Position numbers and translations under genes: made by a program. From a virus (Duplodnaviria > Caudoviricetes), in the IMG/VR virus record IMGVR_UViG_3300043414_001346, positions 1-47,463 of that record: a stretch of 47,463 nt of DNA. The stretch is one strand, 5' to 3'. This document shows, one piece after another, positions 45,519 through 47,463 of the stretch (the first letter of the stretch is position 1; the number at the start of each line of letters is the position of its first letter). A model generated the notes under the pieces. That model had not been told where the DNA came from. It searched no databases and saw nothing but the letters and a program-made list of their open reading frames with translations.

Positions 45519-47144
45519 TTAAAATGGTGGAAGCACAAAATTACCGTTTTTGTTATCATCAATCAAATCAGTAACTAATACTGCGGTAATAAGAACAGAT
45601 CCAGCAACTGAAGCAGCATCTTCAAGAGCGCAACGCACAACTTTAGTTGGGTCAATAATACCCATTTCAAACATATCGCCAAACATATCGTTTTGTGCAT
45701 CATATCCGTAATTGTAATCACTGTTTTTTAAGGTAATATCATTGCCATTAATTCCAGCATTTGTTGAAATTTGAATAAAAGGAGCTGCAAGAGCTTTTTT
45801 AACAATTTTTATGCCTGCATTTACATCATCGTTTGTAGCTAATAAATCATCGAGTAAATCAATAGATTTAAATAAGGCTATGCCGCCACCTGGCAATACA
45901 CCTTCTTCAATAGCCGCCCGTGTAGCATGCAAAGAGTCATCGTAACGGTCATAACGTTCTTTCATCTCTACAGGGGTTTTTCCGCCTACATGAATGACTG
46001 CGCCACCATTAAAATTACTTAATCTTTCTTTAATGTTATTAATTTCTTCCTCATTTGGTACAGCGCTAGCTTTTAATTCAACTAATTTTTCCTCGAGTAA
46101 TTTTTTGCGGTCTTGAATTAATTCAGGATCACCTTTTCCATCAATAATGATTGTTTTATTTTTAGAAACAATGGTTTTTTTGGCACGACCATAAATATTT
46201 TTATTAATATGTTCGGCAATAATTTCACCATTTGATGTTTTAACAAGTTCACATCCTAAAATAATGCTCATATCATCAAATAAATTTTTTCGTTGATAAT
46301 GAAAACTTGGCGCCTCAACTGAACACGTATGATAAGAATTTTTATTAATGTTTAACATTTGTGATGTCAAAGCATTATCTTTTACGCCATTAGTTATAAA
46401 CAATAAAGGTGTTTGATTATCATCATAGGGAATTTTACATATATCACTAAATAAACCTGAATTTTGAATGTTATTTTCATATAAAAATATATATGGATTA
46501 TCATATTCACATGTTAACGAACGTGTATTGCAAAAATTAGGCTCACTATAACCATTATAAATAGTTATACCATTTACAATTTCAAGTGTCGTTTTGTTTT
46601 GTTTAGATTCAAATATGTTAATAAAACCATCTCGACCAACTTCTTTAAATGCTTTTGTAATAATTGTTGCAATATCTCTATCACTATTAGCAGATATGCA
46701 GCTAACATGAAATATTTCTTCTTCTGTTTCAATCATTTTAGATTTTTGTTTTAAATTAAAAACAACATATTCAACCGCTAAATCAATACCGCGTTTTATG
46801 TCCATAGGATTAACCCCAGCTGCAAGAGCTTTCATTCCTTCCCGCATCATAGCACGTCCCAGCACGGTAGCTGTTGTTGTGCCATCACCAGCATTTTCGG
46901 ATGTTTTCATGGCTACTTGTTTTAAAAATTGAGCTCCTACATTTTCGGAACGATCAGCTAATGTTATAATTTTAGCAACCGATACACCGTCTTTTGTTGA
47001 ATAAGGACCGCTATAATATTTGTCAATAATTACATTTCGCCCTTTTGGGCCAAGTGTTACACAAACCGCATCTGCTAATTTGTCTACGCCTGCCATAATT
47101 TTTTCACGTGCTGTGTCTGAAAAAAGAATGTCTTTTGAACTCAT
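45519..47144 (-). CDS. groEL: Chaperonin GroEL (Cpn60), phage-encoded, with divergent apical domain
   Basis: TLGPKGRNV, TKDGVSVAK, AGDGTTTATVL, DDSLHATRAAIEEGVLPGGG, GIIDPTKVVR; no GGM tail. Confidence 0.97.
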   Translation of the reverse strand: MSSKDILFSDTAREKIMAGVDKLADAVCVTLGPKGRNVIIDKYYSGPYSTKDGVSVAKIITLADRSENVGAQFLKQVAMKTSENAGDGTTTATVLGRAMMREGMKALAAGVNPMDIKRGIDLAVEYVVFNLKQKSKMIETEEEIFHVSCISANSDRDIATIITKAFKEVGRDGFINIFESKQNKTTLEIVNGITIYNGYSEPNFCNTRSLTCEYDNPYIFLYENNIQNSGLFSDICKIPYDDNQTPLLFITNGVKDNALTSQMLNINKNSYHTCSVEAPSFHYQRKNLFDDMSIILGCELVKTSNGEIIAEHINKNIYGRAKKTIVSKNKTIIIDGKGDPELIQDRKKLLEEKLVELKASAVPNEEEINNIKERLSNFNGGAVIHVGGKTPVEMKERYDRYDDSLHATRAAIEEGVLPGGGIALFKSIDLLDDLLATNDDVNAGIKIVKKALAAPFIQISTNAGINGNDITLKNSDYNYGYDAQNDMFGDMFEMGIIDPTKVVRCALEDAASVAGSVLITAVLVTDLIDDNKNGNFVLPPF

Positions 47145-47221
47145 TTAATATCCTTTGTAAAATCACTATTAATTGTATTTTTATACAATAATTTAAGTGA
47201 AATTGCGAGAAAAAATTTATT

Positions 47222-47452
47222 TTATAAAGATTGTAAAAGAATTTTTAAATTATAAATGCAAATATTATCTTTATTTTTAATATGTTCTATACTAAATATT
47301 TTACTATTACCTGAAGGAATATGCTTTAATCGGGCAACTCTATTTGGGGTAATTTCATCATAACAAATTTGATGTTTAGATAATAAGATATAAAAATCAG
47401 AATCGGCAACATATTTTTTTTTGTTCTTTTTTATTGTTTTTTTAATACTCAA
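47222..47452 (-). CDS. Hypothetical basic protein
   Basis: TTG start with AGGT upstream at the window edge. Confidence 0.5.
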   Translation of the reverse strand: MSIKKTIKKNKKKYVADSDFYILLSKHQICYDEITPNRVARLKHIPSGNSKIFSIEHIKNKDNICIYNLKILLQSL

Positions 47453-47463
47453 ATTATTTACCT

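Larger units (their letters stand above)
1..47463. mobile_element. Near-complete podovirus-like dsDNA bacteriophage genome (possibly a phage-plasmid), probable alphaproteobacterial host
   Basis: TerS, TerL, portal, capsid, adaptor, nozzle, fibre and ejection genes in canonical order; replication/recombination and lysis genes; no flanking host housekeeping genes; no integrase seen. Confidence 0.93.

Noticed and set aside
1-47463. Alternative genetic code or stop-codon recoding
   Set aside because: Long genes (terL, portal, groEL, ejection proteins) are intact in the standard code, coding density is high, and no suppressor tRNA was found
1-47463. Integrase/att site or terminal direct repeats
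   Set aside because: No recombinase motifs were recognised and the two window ends share no visible repeat; circularity cannot be confirmed from sequence alone

Overview
The window reads as an essentially complete, AT-rich (~47.5 kb) tailed dsDNA phage genome with podovirus-type architecture. It has TerS/TerL, portal, scaffold, HK97-type capsid, adaptor/nozzle, fibres and large internal ejection proteins, and no tail tube, sheath or tape measure. SSB, GroEL and the HTH-DnaT-DnaA_N replication initiator look alphaproteobacterial, and a low-GC intracellular host (Rickettsiales/Holosporales-like) is my inference. Layout: iteron-like non-coding region, rep, an OMP-like gene and tRNA-Gln; a leftward early operon with 4-5 pentapeptide-repeat paralogs, SSB, ERF + YqaJ recombination genes, a three-gene paralog array and an HTH gene; a divergent control region (~10.2-10.4 kb); a rightward operon with TerS, a second paralog array, SleB-type endolysin, tRNA-Met, DUF1064 and TerL; an antisense island with three tRNA/tRNA-like genes; the structural operon including a GroES-like gene; and a divergent GroEL on the opposite strand. 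No integrase, DNA/RNA polymerase, helicase, reverse transcriptase or CRISPR array was recognised. The most interesting signals are: (i) a short [YFH]-x-x-G-G tag shared by six virion proteins, together with repeated small domains placed just before Gly-rich membrane-active segments; (ii) several independent gene 'accordions' whose junctions (RBS + start codon) are DNA repeats, next to the phage's own Red-like recombinase; (iii) a GroEL/GroES pair with a remodelled apical domain in a small phage; (iv) tRNAs with altered identity elements; (v) an RBS-sequestering structured leader before the capsid genes and a triple palindrome after terL. All family assignments come from motif recognition by eye, with no database searches run.
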